Made by a program: the position numbers and the translations under genes. A stretch of 64,000 nt of DNA from Lytechinus pictus (lineage: Eukaryota), in the NCBI RefSeq assembly GCF_037042905.1, contig NC_087245.1:20896001-20960000 (forward strand), read 5' to 3'. The notes below the pieces were generated by a model. That model was given only the letters and a program-made list of their open reading frames with translations. It was not told the DNA's origin and made no database searches. This document shows, in pieces, positions 14,404 through 26,806 of the stretch; positions within the stretch are counted from its first letter, which is position 1; each line of letters begins with the position of its first letter.

Positions 14404-15030
14404 AGTCAAAGTGATTCCAAGAGTGATGACAATGTTATGAGGGTCATTGCTAGGAGGGAGAGTTGGATTGGGGATGCGGTTTTGAGGATGATGATGATGG
14501 TCCTGGTGGTGGTAGATAGTAGATGCTTTGAAGAGGGGAGGGGGATGGTGAGCCATCAAAGTGATTCCTAGAGTACTGACAATGGGGAGAGGGTTGTTGC
14601 TAGGAGGTGTGTGATGGTCGCTAGTAAATGAGATGGTAGATGATGTCAATGCTTCTATAAGATGAGGAGGAGAGGGTGTGGAGCTAGAGTCAAAAGTAAA
14701 CACTAGGGCCCGTATTCACAAAAGAAGTTTAACCCCCCCCCTGGGTTTAAACCCCGTCCTGGTTTTTTGAAAAAGCCCCTCTCTGATTCACAAACAATGT
14801 TTTTTTTTAACCATGGTTTAAACCACAGTCTAAATTTAAACCGTGGTCTAAATTTAAACCTTAGAGGGGATTTAAACCTCAACCATGGTTTAAATTTATT
14901 TGTGTATTCGGGCCTAGGAGTGATAATAATGGGGAGAAGTGAATAGGGGGTGCACTAGTAGTTTGTGGAATCATGATGGTTGTAGATAGTAGTAGATGAT
15001 GTTAATACTGCTAAGAGGAGAGGGATGGGG
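14404..15030 (+). repeat. Old degenerate tandem repeat (~140-150 bp unit, ~3 units) interrupted by a MITE
   Basis: A recurrent CAAAGTGATTCC(A/T)AGAGT..GACAATG..GAG motif appears at ~14407, ~14557 and ~14691. The third unit resumes at 14918 after the MITE. Confidence 0.6.
14707..14914. mobile_element. PIF/Harbinger-like MITE with internal GGTTTAAACC-type motifs
   Basis: TIR GGCCCGTATTCACAAA / TTTGTGTATTCGGGCC. The TSD is TAG (14704-14706 and 14915-14917). Confidence 0.8.
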
Positions 15031-15147
15031 AAGATTTCACATTTTCCACCAACTAATTCATTGTATCTTATATACATAAGGTACAGGCCATATCCATTGT
15101 AATAAACTTGTAATTGATTGCAAGTCAAGTTTAAGGTCCCCAAACTG

Positions 15148-15319
15148 GAGGCCGTTCCATAAAGCTGTTCGTAAGTTAAGAGTGACTTTAAGAATGACTG
15201 GTGAACCTTTCTTACGTGCCAAGCCATCGCCAATGGTGTATACCATTTACCAAAAGAAAGGATCACCAGTCGTTCTTAAAGTTGCTCTTTTCTTACGAAC
15301 AGCTTTATGAAACACCCAC
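15148..15319. mobile_element. Hairpin MITE (family A, copy 1)
   Basis: ~60-bp inverted arms CATAAAGCTGTTCGTAAG..GACTGGTGA / TCACCAGTC..CTTACGAACAGCTTTATG, with CTG on both flanks. A second copy lies at 26636-26806. Confidence 0.85.
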
Positions 15320-15639
15320 CTGATCTATTCTTGTAATTCATTATTAGTAATTGCAAATATCTTTCTTGCAACAGAAAGTGTCTATTAATTTGTGATTTTT
15401 TAAAATTCATTACAAATATACATATATTGATAGTGAAGATTGTAGGCCTTGTGATAAGTCGATGGTAAACAAAGGCTGTTGGATTGAATATATGAATGAG
15501 TCACCAGTTAAATGATATATATACCAGAGGCCAATGTACTCTAATCCTATAAATTAATCAGATGAATCAAAGGAATTAGATGTGAGTGGACTTTCAATTT
15601 CTTCTGCTTGAAGCATATACAGATCAAAGGATGTTTTAG

Positions 15640-15916
15640 TAATAATATAATAATATAGGGTATTTATATTGCGCACATATCCACCTTGTTAGGTGCTCAA
15701 GGCGCTCCTATATTACCCGGCTAAGCTAGGCGTTCATAGCGCACACAGCTTTTTAAGGAATTACTTCCTACCGGTACCCATTTACCTCACCTGGGTTGAG
15801 TGCAGCACATTGTGGATCAGTTTCTTGCCGAAGGAAATTACGCCATGGCTGGGATTCGAACCCACGACCCTCTGTTTCAAAGTCCGAAGACTAATCCACT
15901 TGGCCACAACGCTCCA
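15640..15916 (-). mobile_element. tRNA-derived SINE, apparently full length, with CORE-like central region
   Basis: The minus strand begins TGGAGCGTTGTGGCCAAGTGG (A box) and contains GGTTCGAATCCC (B box). Next comes CCTTCGGCAAG..CACTCAACCCAGGTGAGGTAAATGGGTACC. The 3' end has GAGCGCCTTGAGCACC..GTGCGCAATATAAAT and a (TAT)n tail. Confidence 0.9.
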
Positions 15917-16824
15917 CTGGTGAACTGGAGTAAGGAAACTAAGAAACCCACATGCACAAGAGCCAACTCCTAAAATGTTATTTGTTGTGAAATCTTGTGC
16001 AAAAATGGGACTTGTATTGGTAATAATGAGAAATTTAAGAAATTGAATTGTCTGGCTGGTCATTGCGTAAAATTTAGCTGATCTGGGTTCTACTTAATCC
16101 GTAATTTTTTTATGTATACACAGTATCACGTATCATCTGAGCTTGATCAAACTAATATGAGTCAATGTGTTATGTACCACATGCAACTGGAAATTTAACT
16201 GCAATTTTAAGTATAAGTAACTCTTTGTGAATCACCCCAGATGCTTTTAGCCTCTTGTATGTTTTCTCAAAGATCTTTTGTGTCTTCTACCAGGTTTTCA
16301 ATTGAGATATAGATGTAAATTGAAGAAAAAAAAACGTAGTAAAATAAATACTAGTTCCATGTAGTTATCTCAGTAACGTACTACATATTTAAATATGTAG
16401 ATACCAAATTTTTTTTAGAAACTAATACTAAATCAGTTTTGCACTCTAACGTGGGTAGAAAATCACACTGGACCTGTATTTCATTCTATATAATGTTATG
16501 ACTGTATAGCCTTGTAAGTTAGTTTGATCTGATTTTGCAGGTTGTACTTTCCGAGTCCAATTTACTGATTGCACATAAAGGTGTTTGACCTCTGCTTCAG
16601 GGGCTCTTCCTCATCCTTCCTAAATCTTTTTTCTCACCCCTACATCATAGCCTATCCCATATACAAACACAATGCATTTCCAACTCACGGTTACCTGTCT
16701 TAAAATTGTACGTATTGCAGGTCTTTGAACTTGGCCTAGGGCATGCATGGACGTACCAGTGGAAGGCGTCACCGTAAGAAGGCCAAGACCATAAATGGGC
16801 CAATAGTCATTATGGCGTGGGGGT

Positions 16825-16985
16825 GGGAGGGATGGAGGGAGAATAGAGAAGAGAGAAAAGGGAGAAGAATAGAAAATGATGAGTGTGTGTGAGAAGGGGT
16901 AAAATTAAGTGAGGGAAAAGAAGAAGAAAGAGAGAATGTGTGTGAAAGCTAGAGGAATTGATGGTGTGGAGAGAGTGAGTGTGAA
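16825..16985 (+). repeat. GA-rich low-complexity tract
   Basis: Purine-rich GAGA/GAAG run. Confidence 0.8.
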
Positions 16986-17354
16986 ATCTTAATTTCAAAG
17001 TGATCTAATTCAGAAATTACAGTCAGTGGAAATGATTAGTGGAATATATCATTTAGATATCTGCATGGTGGTTTGAGCTATTCTAAAGTACTAAAGACCA
17101 CAGGGAAATCATATTGAGGTTTCGGGGCTATAGAATCCCATGCCGTGACTGATGACAAACTAACAGTACTGAACTTTTCCTATATTTCAACTTGCATCCC
17201 AATAACACCAGTCAGACTTTAATTGTATTGCATCATGCAGTATGGTACTCTGACGTAATTGCTCAGATGACAATAGCCGCTGGCAGTATTTTGTGAAAAT
17301 TGTACATGGAGATCCATAACGCTACTGACAAATTCTGCATACACTTTTCCCATA

Positions 17355-17585
17355 CACTGCACAAACAATGATGTTAACACTGCACCAGTTAGATGACTGC
17401 ACCAGATATTGTACACCAGTGCTAAGACTTTGGTGTTAACTGAACACCCATTATTCTGTTTGTTATATTGATACTATATAGTGTTATTGGCCTATTCACT
17501 CTCCATAGTGTATTTTAGCACTGGAGGGTATGCTCCTCTTACAACACCCAACTATTGTGTTTTTTCAACACTATGTTTTACAGCG
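17355..17585. mobile_element. Degraded CACTA-like MITE
   Basis: The right end AACACTATGTTTTACAGCG loosely mirrors the left TACTGCACAAACAATGATGTTAACAC. There are many AACAC/GTGTT motifs. No clean TSD is visible. Confidence 0.35.
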
Positions 17586-18386
17586 AATCTAAAGCCTATT
17601 GATAAAGACACCTTACACCTTACAATTTTCTAGCAGAAATGCTGAATGTAAATGCACCATTAGTGAGTTTCCATGGAAAATTCAGTGAAAAGTGAAAGGG
17701 CATTATGGTATTTATTTATTTTTTTAACTTGCTGTGCATCAAAAGCCTGATTTTTGTCTGAACATGACAAGTCTAAACACATTCTTTAATGAAATCACTC
17801 CTCCTCCAGACCCAGAGGAATCAAATCAGAGTTACATTCCCTTTCTATTAGATAGTTGGTATTACCTCAGTAGCCATCCAAAATTCAATCTCAGATGCAA
17901 TCAGTCATGCTCTCTACAACATAAACACTGGGATCATGATAGCTTAGTGGTTCTTTAGGGCACTGATTCATCTCATTATTGAGTCATTCCTTTCTTTTTA
18001 AAAATCCAGCCCCCCCCCACAAAAAAAAGAGAAGGAAAAGAACTCACTCTCGGTTATAATAACAGGGGATCTGCTTGGCCCTTCTCCATTCGCTTTATCT
18101 GCATGCCAAATTATGATCCACCAAATTATTCCAATTAAAACGATCCCAAGATTTCTACTTTATTCTTTTTATTTTAACAATGGTTCATGATTTGGTAAAT
18201 ATTGGCAACTTTTTGTCATATTATGATGGTAAGTAATAACATCAGGCCCAAAAGGTCAAATTGACAGCAGAAAAATGATGTATTTTGATGAAGACATAAT
18301 TAGCAAGCTAGTTCATTTTCTTTACAACATTACAATCCTGAGTCAAAACAGGATTTGCTTTTGCACAATAATACTCTATTCAGTCA

Positions 18387-18494
18387 ATTATCCCACCAAT
18401 TTGCAAATGAAAACATACTCAGGTTTAGAATTGTTTCTCCATTATCCCACCAATTTGCAAATGAAAACATACTCAGGTTTAGAATTGTTTCTTC
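18387..18494 (+). repeat. 54-bp tandem duplication (2 copies)
   Basis: ATTATCCCACCAATTTGCAAATGAAAACATACTCAGGTTTAGAATTGTTTCT is identical at 18387 and 18441. Confidence 0.95.
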
Positions 18495-18683
18495 ATGGTA
18501 CCATATTGCATGCTATTCAAATTTGAATTGCATGCTCAAGTTGCATTCCATGCTTACATGACCGTACTTGGGCTGATGAGGATGTGGTTTCTTGAATACA
18601 AAGATTAAATATGTAAAAGGCTTATGGACTAAAATCCTATACAGATCGAGTTAATTCAGGCCAATGAAGAAAGACCTATTAAT

Positions 18684-18961
18684 GATGACCCTGGGAAACA
18701 GGGGTGCAGGGGGGGGGGGTGCTGAAGCACACCCACAAATTTATATGGGGATTCTGCGTGTATTATTCTCCATAGGCAGCACTTCCAGGTATTCTGGAAA
18801 ATGTGAAAAAATTGAAAAATGTAATAATGAAATAACCTTTTTTTTTTGCTTTTATTTTTTATGGAACCAATTTGACCTACATTTTGTAGTGAAAACCCCC
18901 TTTTTTTTTCTATTCAAATTTACTTTAGCAACCCCAGTCAAAAATCATTCCCAGGGCCCTG
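18684..18961. mobile_element. hAT-like MITE
   Basis: The right terminus TTCCCAGGGCCCTG mirrors a degenerate left GATGACCCTGGGAA. CTATTAA flanks both sides (18676-18682 and 18962-18968). Confidence 0.6.
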
Positions 18962-18968
18962 CTATTAA

Positions 18969-19552
18969 AGGAGAATGAAACTCTTGGAGCAAGTTAGCTT
19001 TTGTGAAAGCAGAAAAATCAAAGAATACGATCAACAAAAGTTTGAGTAAAATAGGACTAGCAATAGAAAAGTTATGAGCATTTGAATGTCGAGATCACTA
19101 ATGCTATGGAGATCCTTCTATTGGCAATGTGACCAAGATCTATGATGTCACAGATGAACAACTCTCCCCTTTTGGACACTGAAAATATACCCCAAAACAT
19201 ATATTTTTGCTCATTCTAATCATATGACAAACGATTCATCAATGATATAATGTTGTGAAACCTCTGTACTTGTCCTCTCATAAAGAGAACACCTCACCTT
19301 GTGATAGACTCTATAAAAGTGAGAATATAAGTGAAATAAGTACTAAAATAATGAGGGAGTTGTACGTGTGTGACATCACAGATCTTGGTCGCATTGCCAA
19401 TGGGAGGATCTACATGGCATTAGTGATATCAATATTCAAATGCTCATAACTTTCTTATTATTCATTCAATCTTCCTCAAACTTTCAACAATATGTTTCTT
19501 TGATTTTTCTCTTTGATATGAATTCAGCTGGTTTCAAGGGTTTCATTCTCCT
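18969..19552. mobile_element. Kolobok-like non-autonomous element
   Basis: TTAA TSD (18965-18968 and 19553-19556) with termini AGGAGAATGAAAC / GTTTCATTCTCCT. Imperfect inverted arms run ~190 bp (AAAGTTATGAGCATTTGAAT..GATGTCACA / TGTGACATC..ATTCAAATGCTCATAACTTT). Confidence 0.85.
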
Positions 19553-20197
19553 TTAAGAAGGTATTACGATACTGCAAGCAGTATCATAGATTGTAATTGT
19601 CATTCAAAAAAACTTTCCCTGTCAGTTTCTCACAAGCATTTTCCATTGCTATATTTCAAAATAGTTTAATGGGTACATGAAATATGAGTGGCAAATACAA
19701 AACCACTATGACATGACTGATGGTGAAATATGAAAGTTAGCACTATTTTGAGAACCAGTAAGGAAAATTGTATGAATGATCAGTGTCATTAATTATTATT
19801 ATTATTTTTTTTTTTTGGGGGGGGGTTGGGAGGTGGAGGGTTATATTGGTCACTGTGAAATAGGAATAATGATGGTGAAGATGATGATGGTGCATGGTTG
19901 GCTGATGATTATAGGGCTAGAAATATCTTGCAGAAAATACTGGTATTAACCAGTATACACAAATCTTTTTTTTGACAAATTAATTTAATCAAGAAAGCTA
20001 TCTGATTCCCAGAGTTTATTAGTAATACGACAGCAATATAGATATGCAAGGTTTTTTGTGTGGTTTGTTTGTTTTTAGCAATTCTTACTTGTGTTCTTGA
20101 CATGACATGAATTTTTGAGTGTTGAAGAAAAAAATGTTTGATTGGAATATGACCCACTTTCAGTGAAGTATTATTTGGGCAGGATGCATTCTATTTG

Positions 20198-20625
20198 CAC
20201 ACATGCGTAATGGAGATTGAAAGAGTGAGAAAGCGATCGATAGATGAGGAGAGTATGAGATTGAGAGAGGAAGAGAGAGAAATAGGGGGAGGGAATATGA
20301 GCAGAAAGATGGACAAAGAAGAACAAAAGAGATAGAAACAGACAGATATAGAGATTAAGAGACTAAGATAGAAAGAAAGAGAAATAAAGGTGGATGGGGA
20401 GAAAGTGAAGGGGGAGGAGGGCGTAGTTGTTTGGGTAGGATGTAATTGTGTTGGCACACATGGGAAATGGAGTTTAAAAGAGTGGGAAAGTGATCATTAG
20501 ATGAGAATATGAGAGATAAAAGGGAAAAGATATAACAGGGGAAAGAGAGAGAGAAAGGGGGAGGAGACGTGGGAGAGCAAAAGGCAGAATGAGGAAGGTA
20601 GTGCAGAGGGAATGGGGGGGGGATA
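20198..20625 (+). repeat. GA-rich tract with an old ~258-bp-period duplication
   Basis: CACATGCGTAATGGAGATTGAAAGAGTGAGAAAG (~20200) resembles CACATGGGAAATGGAGTTTAAAAGAGTGGGAAAG (~20457). Confidence 0.7.
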
Positions 20626-20974
20626 AGATACTGTATAAATGAAGTAAATGATGTCCAAACTTTGTCTAAGGAAGATATGAACTCATTTTAAGGTTGTTTC
20701 TTTTCAAAGGGGGGGGGGGGATTTGGTAGATGTCTCAACATCTGGAATAAGATGTCCCAAAATGCATTTAATTTCTGGTAGTTAGATCAATTAATAGGGG
20801 GGGGAAGTATGGGGGGTGGTCCTAGAGATGGTTACCTTGCGTTATGGATGGTGTTCAGGAGATGCATGTCTGGATACGGGTCACTATTTAGGGATTAACT
20901 CTGATTATTACTTATATATAGTATATTGTTTTTTTAAACAGTTTTAATGCTCTGAACTACAAGGTTGTGTGCAT

Positions 20975-21050
20975 AAAACTATCCTAGCCAATTGCTAATG
21001 TACCTATTCCACCTAGGTTGAGAGAGGAAAATGTGGATTGACAGCTTGCT
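20975..21050 (-). mobile_element. Degraded SINE fragment related to 15640-15916
   Basis: GTACCTATTCCACCTAGGTTGAGAGAGGAAAATGTGGAT resembles GTACCCATTTACCTCACCTGGGTTGAGTGCAGCACATTGTGGAT. Confidence 0.55.
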
Positions 21051-21052
21051 TA

Positions 21053-21187
21053 TACCTCAGTCACATTTCCCTTACAGTGGCATACGGCGAGTCAAAAACA
21101 GTCAGTTTTTAAATTCTTTATTTTTAGTCAAACCACCTATATGTAGCTGCCATGTACAGCTGCCATAGAGCAAATGTGACTGAGGTA
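21053..21187. mobile_element. MITE (family B, copy 1), TWA-flanked, Harbinger-like
   Basis: TIR TACCTCAGTCACATTT / AAATGTGACTGAGGTA with TTA/TAA flanks. It is homologous to 51527-51677. Confidence 0.82.
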
Positions 21188-21197
21188 TAAGGTATAA

Positions 21198-21443
21198 GGG
21201 CATGTTGGCTCAGTGGTAGAGCGTCCGCCTCATGAACGGGAGGTCGTGGGTTTGATCCCCGGCCGAGTCATACCAAAGACTTATAAAAATGGGACCTTCT
21301 GCCTTCTTGCTTGGCGTTCAGCATTTAGACTGGAGAAGGGTAATAATAACATATTATGTTATGCAAGGCCCACTGGAAGAGCAGTCTTATGATTGAAGTG
21401 GCTACCCCGGGTAAATAAAACGTTATTATTATTCTTATTATTA
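21198..21443 (+). mobile_element. tRNA-derived SINE, second family (MetaSINE-like central domain)
   Basis: A box TGGCTCAGTGG and B box GGTTTGATCCC. The central region is GAGTCATACCAAAGAC..AAATGGGACCTTCTGCCT..GCTTGGCGTTCAGCA. It ends with AATAAA and a (TTA)n tail. Confidence 0.88.
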
Positions 21444-22419
21444 AGCTGGGCTGTTCACAACAACAACCATTCAATGTATTTTCAACTGCATAAAAAACAT
21501 TAGACATGAACAAAACTTCTAAAGAAGAGAAAGATAGAAATAAAGTAAAGCTTCTTCAAGAAAATTATAAAAAAGGTTAATATACTCCAAGGAAGTGTTT
21601 GACCTGATTCATGCATCCCCCAAAATGATCATCCAAATTTACTACTGAGCGACTCCTAAAGCTAGGCCATTTCTCTATGAAATTAGATAAATTGATCGTA
21701 ACCCTAATAGTTTCACGAAAGTCTCCCTGGGGAAATTGAGCTGATAGCACTGACCGTGAAGGAGAAATATTACAGCGGGGTTCTGTCTTTTCTGATCGCA
21801 CCCTATTACTTTAAATCATCCCAGTGGGGTTGGTTGATATAGCATTTTATTTTTAAACAGGTTAAGATTTGAATGTATAGAATAGATTTGATATTGATCA
21901 TTGATGAGATTGATAAAGCATACAGTCTCTATGACCCCAGTGGGATCTTGTATAATAGGGACAGGAGCCAATTTCTGCTGACATGAACAAGGATTACATG
22001 ATCAATCTTTTTGTTTGTCTCAATAAGAAAAAAGAAAAAGAAAAAAATGTTCATGAGTCATTAATGTGTATGCCTGCTTCATTACCCAATATTTTTTTTA
22101 ATGAAGCGTGCACAACTTATGGTTCTAATCAATAATTTTGATCGAGGTCCTGAACAGTTAGTCTTACAGATAGTAAATTCATAAAACAGTCTGCCTTTTT
22201 TTGTACGCATTGGAATGGCCTATCAGTATGTTCTAGTAATGTCATAAAACTCATAGTATTGTTTAGGTTGATCTTTCACCAGGTCTCTATGCATGTCAGT
22301 GTAGTTCGGGTGGTTAGTATTCATAATACTTTTTCAGAACCTTTATAGGATAGAAATCATATGTTAACCTGCCAATAGTTAATGCCAGGGTGTTTTGTTT
22401 CATAAATTGTATCACATAT

Positions 22420-22540
22420 TGTTGTGTCGGTGCAAGGACACCCTTAACACCATGTTTTTGCGCATCGCATGCATGCAAAAAAATCCTTGGCAGCTCGCAT
22501 GAGTGCATTGCATAAGGGCGTTTCTGCACCGACCCGACAA
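22420..22540. mobile_element. Degraded inverted-repeat (MITE-like) remnant
   Basis: TTGTGTCGGTGCAAGGACACCCTTA mirrors TAAGGGCGTTTCTGCACCGACCCGACAA. Confidence 0.5.
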
Positions 22541-25500
22541 GATTAATTGTGAGGTGTGCAATGGCGTTAGGCATAAATGTTAATAAATTAACCAAATCAG
22601 GATAATAGTCTATGTTGCCTTACCAACCTGTTGCCCATGGGATTGTGGTAGCCCTTGTACAAGGTGTATGGAAATTTGATAATTAAGTATTCAATTGGAT
22701 GATTAATCACTTGACTGAGCTTATTATCATATGTGAACAGAGCTGGATAATGAAAGGAGGCAAAAAGTGGAGGACGTACGAAGGAAGAGTGGGCCCTCGG
22801 CTAAGCCATTCTCGATTATTTCAATAATGCGGCCATCTTTGTGTATACCCAGGAAGTCGTGGCCACTGGAGTGAGAAATTAACTGTCAGATTTCTTCATT
22901 TTCCAGGCGACCCAATGTTTACCCTTTCCAGCTCTCGTGGTGGAATTTGAGTCAATACAGTATGCAGTTTACATCCAAGTGTTTGAATTTTGTTGCTATG
23001 GCAATGAGGTCTGTTTCTCTTTTCTCTGCCCATCTGGACTGGTGGCCGCTTTATTGATAGGGTAAATATGTAGTTTACATGGTGAGATCAGAACTGTTTG
23101 CACTTTCTCCATGTCGATTTGGTTTTGATCATGCATAGCGATATATAGGCTTTGTACATTTCAAACATTTTCTTTCATTCCATTGAGATTTGGTATTTGG
23201 AACTGAATGTACATGCACTTTCAATTTGGGTTGCCATGTTCATATTATCACAAAGAAAATACTATTTGAATAATTGGAATAGTCAGGTGTATCTTTCACA
23301 TTCATGTTAAGTATAACGAGTTGTTGAAAGATGCCCACTGGATGTGTTTAAAGAATAAAAAGTAAGAACCAACTTCTTTCTATTAATTTAGAATTTACTA
23401 AATTTCCAGTTGCAATTTGCCTTTTATGTTCATTTTTTGCTTCAAATCAGGCAAATGTGTTATCCATCTCTTCAAAAGTTGATTAACATCTTATGTTAAA
23501 CAATATTTTTAGGAAATTGCAATAATATTCACACATAGTATATATCAATAATTGAAATATGCGAATCTATAGTGAATTTTTGTTCTTGATCCAATTTAAT
23601 TCATTATTTGTGAGCTAATAGACGACAACTCCACTTTGGAGTAAAAGAAAATCACTAAACCTGAATCTGTAAAATTCTATTATCAATAACTTGAACTGGA
23701 GATGTCATGTCCTTGTTCTTCCTTAATTAAATAAAGTGTAAGTTGTTCATTATTACTCATAGCACGTTAATCCTTATTTCAGAGGGCAAGATGTTAACTA
23801 GCTAAGTTACATGCCCATGATGCAAAAAGTGTTTCATTTTGTAATTAGAGAAAGAGGTATCATGTTTCCTTTAACTTTTTTTACAGCACAATTAATACAA
23901 TACAAATAAAAGTATCAAATTGTTGAAAATAAAAAGATAATAAAAAAATATACTGTTACATTTATGATTTATTTTAGCTGTCCATAGATATTTTTCAGTC
24001 ATATTGTATTAAATCTTCTAAAACCAAAATATAATGTTTATAAATTGATTGATTGCAAATAAAAGCCAAGGTTTTAGATCTAGTTTTGAAAGTTAAACCA
24101 AATGCTACCTCTATGATCAAAGACAAAGGAGTTTTTGTTTTCAACCTTCTTGTTTACCTTCCAGAACCAGAGTTACGGTTTTCTATGAAGAATCCTGTAA
24201 CTGTATTTTCCTTGCTAGACATTAAATTTCATTCTTGGTAAAACAATGGAGAATGCTGGCAAGCTACTTTTAAGGATGTCTTGTACCTTGAGAGAGTTGA
24301 ATTGCTCCAAGATGCAAGTCCTCTTATGTCTAGATACCAAGTGATCTGTACACACATGTTGGCCTACATGAACTGTTTGGCTATTCACCATAGAGGGCAC
24401 CATTGCACCTTTGAAATTTGTAAGCTGTAGTAGATATGAAACTGTTCAGAGCGCTGAAAGTTTCTTTGTTAATTTGCCACCAGTGCTACCTGATATTCCT
24501 CAAATTCTTCAAATTTGGTATCCCATCCTTATACTGTTCTCATATGAATAAATATTATCTAAAATCTATGGAAATTTAGAAAAAAACATATCTAACATAT
24601 TTTACTTGTTGCCAGTTTCAGGGTTTATGTATTTAAATCTGCCTGTCCTGATAATACTTATCATTAATGCCCTAATTAGCCAAAATTTTCTAGGGGAAGA
24701 ACATGACCTGTCAGCAAAATTAAAAAAGAAGTAGCAAGCAAGCCAAAATTTTGACCTTTTTAATTGAAAAGAAAATCTAAATATGTGATGGATTTTTACA
24801 TCAATTTTTAAAATAAGCATCTTTTTCCATTTCTTTTTTTTCCTCCCCATCTTTTTTCCATTTTGTTTTCATGGTTGTGGAGATTTCTGGCCGTCCATTG
24901 CTCCAAGCCCCCTTATCTCTACACCAGTGCAAATCAAATAAACAAGGAGAATAATCTCTTTCTTTTTATGCAGCTTAAATATTTTCTTGAATCTAAACCG
25001 AACCTGATCAAACCATTAAAGTTGTAAGAATTTTTTGTGACATGTTAAGTGGAAATTATCTCTTGTTTTCCCTTATCCTCTGATCTCCTCAATGTGTAGC
25101 TATCGTGAAATGTTTTGCTGCCCCCTATTGTCAAAAAAATGCATCAGATCACTTTTCCTACAGGCGCTTTTAAATAACATGGCACTATCAGCACCAATGA
25201 CCTGCTGATTTTTATTTTGAGTGCATTGACTTGCCCAATGTGGCATCCAGGGTATAATAGTTATACTGCCCTCTGGTGACCAAGGTAAGGACAGAACGTG
25301 TCGATGACTTTTTAAATGTCTACGGGGACTGTTATTGTGCCTCGGGTAACTGGGTGGTGAGAACAAGCTGAAAATCACACACTAAGGATTGGAGAAAGGT
25401 AACGGGTTAGATGGCAAAACAAGTGGTTCTACAATTGCAATTGCGCGAATTTAATGATTGATGCGATGGGGAAAACGCCTGTGCGTGCATAATGCAAGAG

Positions 25501-26635
25501 TAATGCAAGTAGAAGCAAACATTATGTGGTTTTCTCTATTGACTAGTTTTGACACCTTTTTCTCCAATTTTTTTTATTGTGTTTGAAGAGAAATGTATTT
25601 TTCAACATTTTAGATAAACAAATTTTGCTTATTATGGTTAATGTAGCTTTGATATTAGATTATTACTAACTATGCTCATCAAAGATTCGTTAATCAACCT
25701 GTGAATAAGAATGACTATCATTTCTGCTCCAACTGAACTCATGAACTCAAGGTGTTTTAGACTACTTAAAACTAGAAAATTATGAATTGTTTTATTGTAA
25801 ATGAATCATAGTTTTGTACATAACATGTATTTTGAGAAAAAGCTACTTGTAGGATTATTTCATAGATGAAAATCTAACTCGGTCTGTGGTTTATTCTTAA
25901 ATGGACTGCCAACTTAATCTTCATTCGAAGATATCATGAATATTTCATTTCATGACATTTCAGCATATCATCATTAAACACAATTTCCTTGGAAAAGATC
26001 ACCCCAATCCCATCTCAATCAATCCATCCCGTTTCCCCTCATCCTCTGTTCTTCATCATTATCATCATCGCCCTATCCTCTATCACCTTCTTCTCAGCTC
26101 TCATCATTCACTCCTTATCCAAGTATAACATTGGATGTTGCGATGAGATGGATGGATGAATTCCCAGAAAGCTGACGTCCATGATGTCTTTGCTTTTCCT
26201 ACCTTATGAATGTTTAAGGAACCAACTGATGAAGATTGAGAGTTGATAGTGGGTGGGGAGTACTTGGGATCTATCATCAGAATCGTGGCCTGGATGTTCA
26301 GCAGAGAACATTGACTCCTAGCAGCAGAGTCAGTGTTCACCGTGGGAGTTTTGAAGGAGTACACAATGCAAAGACAATTTTCTTTCATTTAAATGATATT
26401 TTGCCAAGTATTTTGTGTAAGTCACTTATATGAATAATAATAATAATGATGGATTGCCCACCAAGTCCTTTGAGATGCGCTATCCTGACAAACCCACTTT
26501 CTAAATTGGCAAATTGGTTTTTGAAAGAGTTAAATCATGCATAAACTGCAGCACTTTGATCTCTAGGAGGCATTTTCACACTTATATCATCAGGATATGT
26601 TTTTTTTCAATTAGTAAATGATGAGTGCAGACCAG

Positions 26636-26806
26636 ATGGGGGTTTCATAAAGCTGTTCGTAAGTTAAGAGCAACTTTAAAAATGACTGGTGATCCTTTCT
26701 TGTGGTAAATGATTTATTCATTGGCGATGGTTTAGCGTGTAAGAAAGGATCACCAGTCGTTTTTAAAGTCGCTCTTAACTTACGAACAGCTTTATGAAAT
26801 GGCCCC
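26636..26806. mobile_element. Hairpin MITE (family A, copy 2; opposite orientation)
   Basis: The arms match those of 15148-15319. The central ATTGGCGATGG is the reverse complement of CCATCGCCAAT in copy 1. Confidence 0.85.

Noticed and set aside
15845..15916. tRNA gene (likewise 21198-21270)
   Set aside because: The A/B boxes continue into a SINE body and tail with no Pol III terminator or proper acceptor stem. These are SINE heads.
16721..16773. Possible exon TTGCAG|...ACC|GTAAGA
   Set aside because: The pyrimidine tract is poor, the 53-nt length is not frame-preserving, and the peptide is not recognisable.
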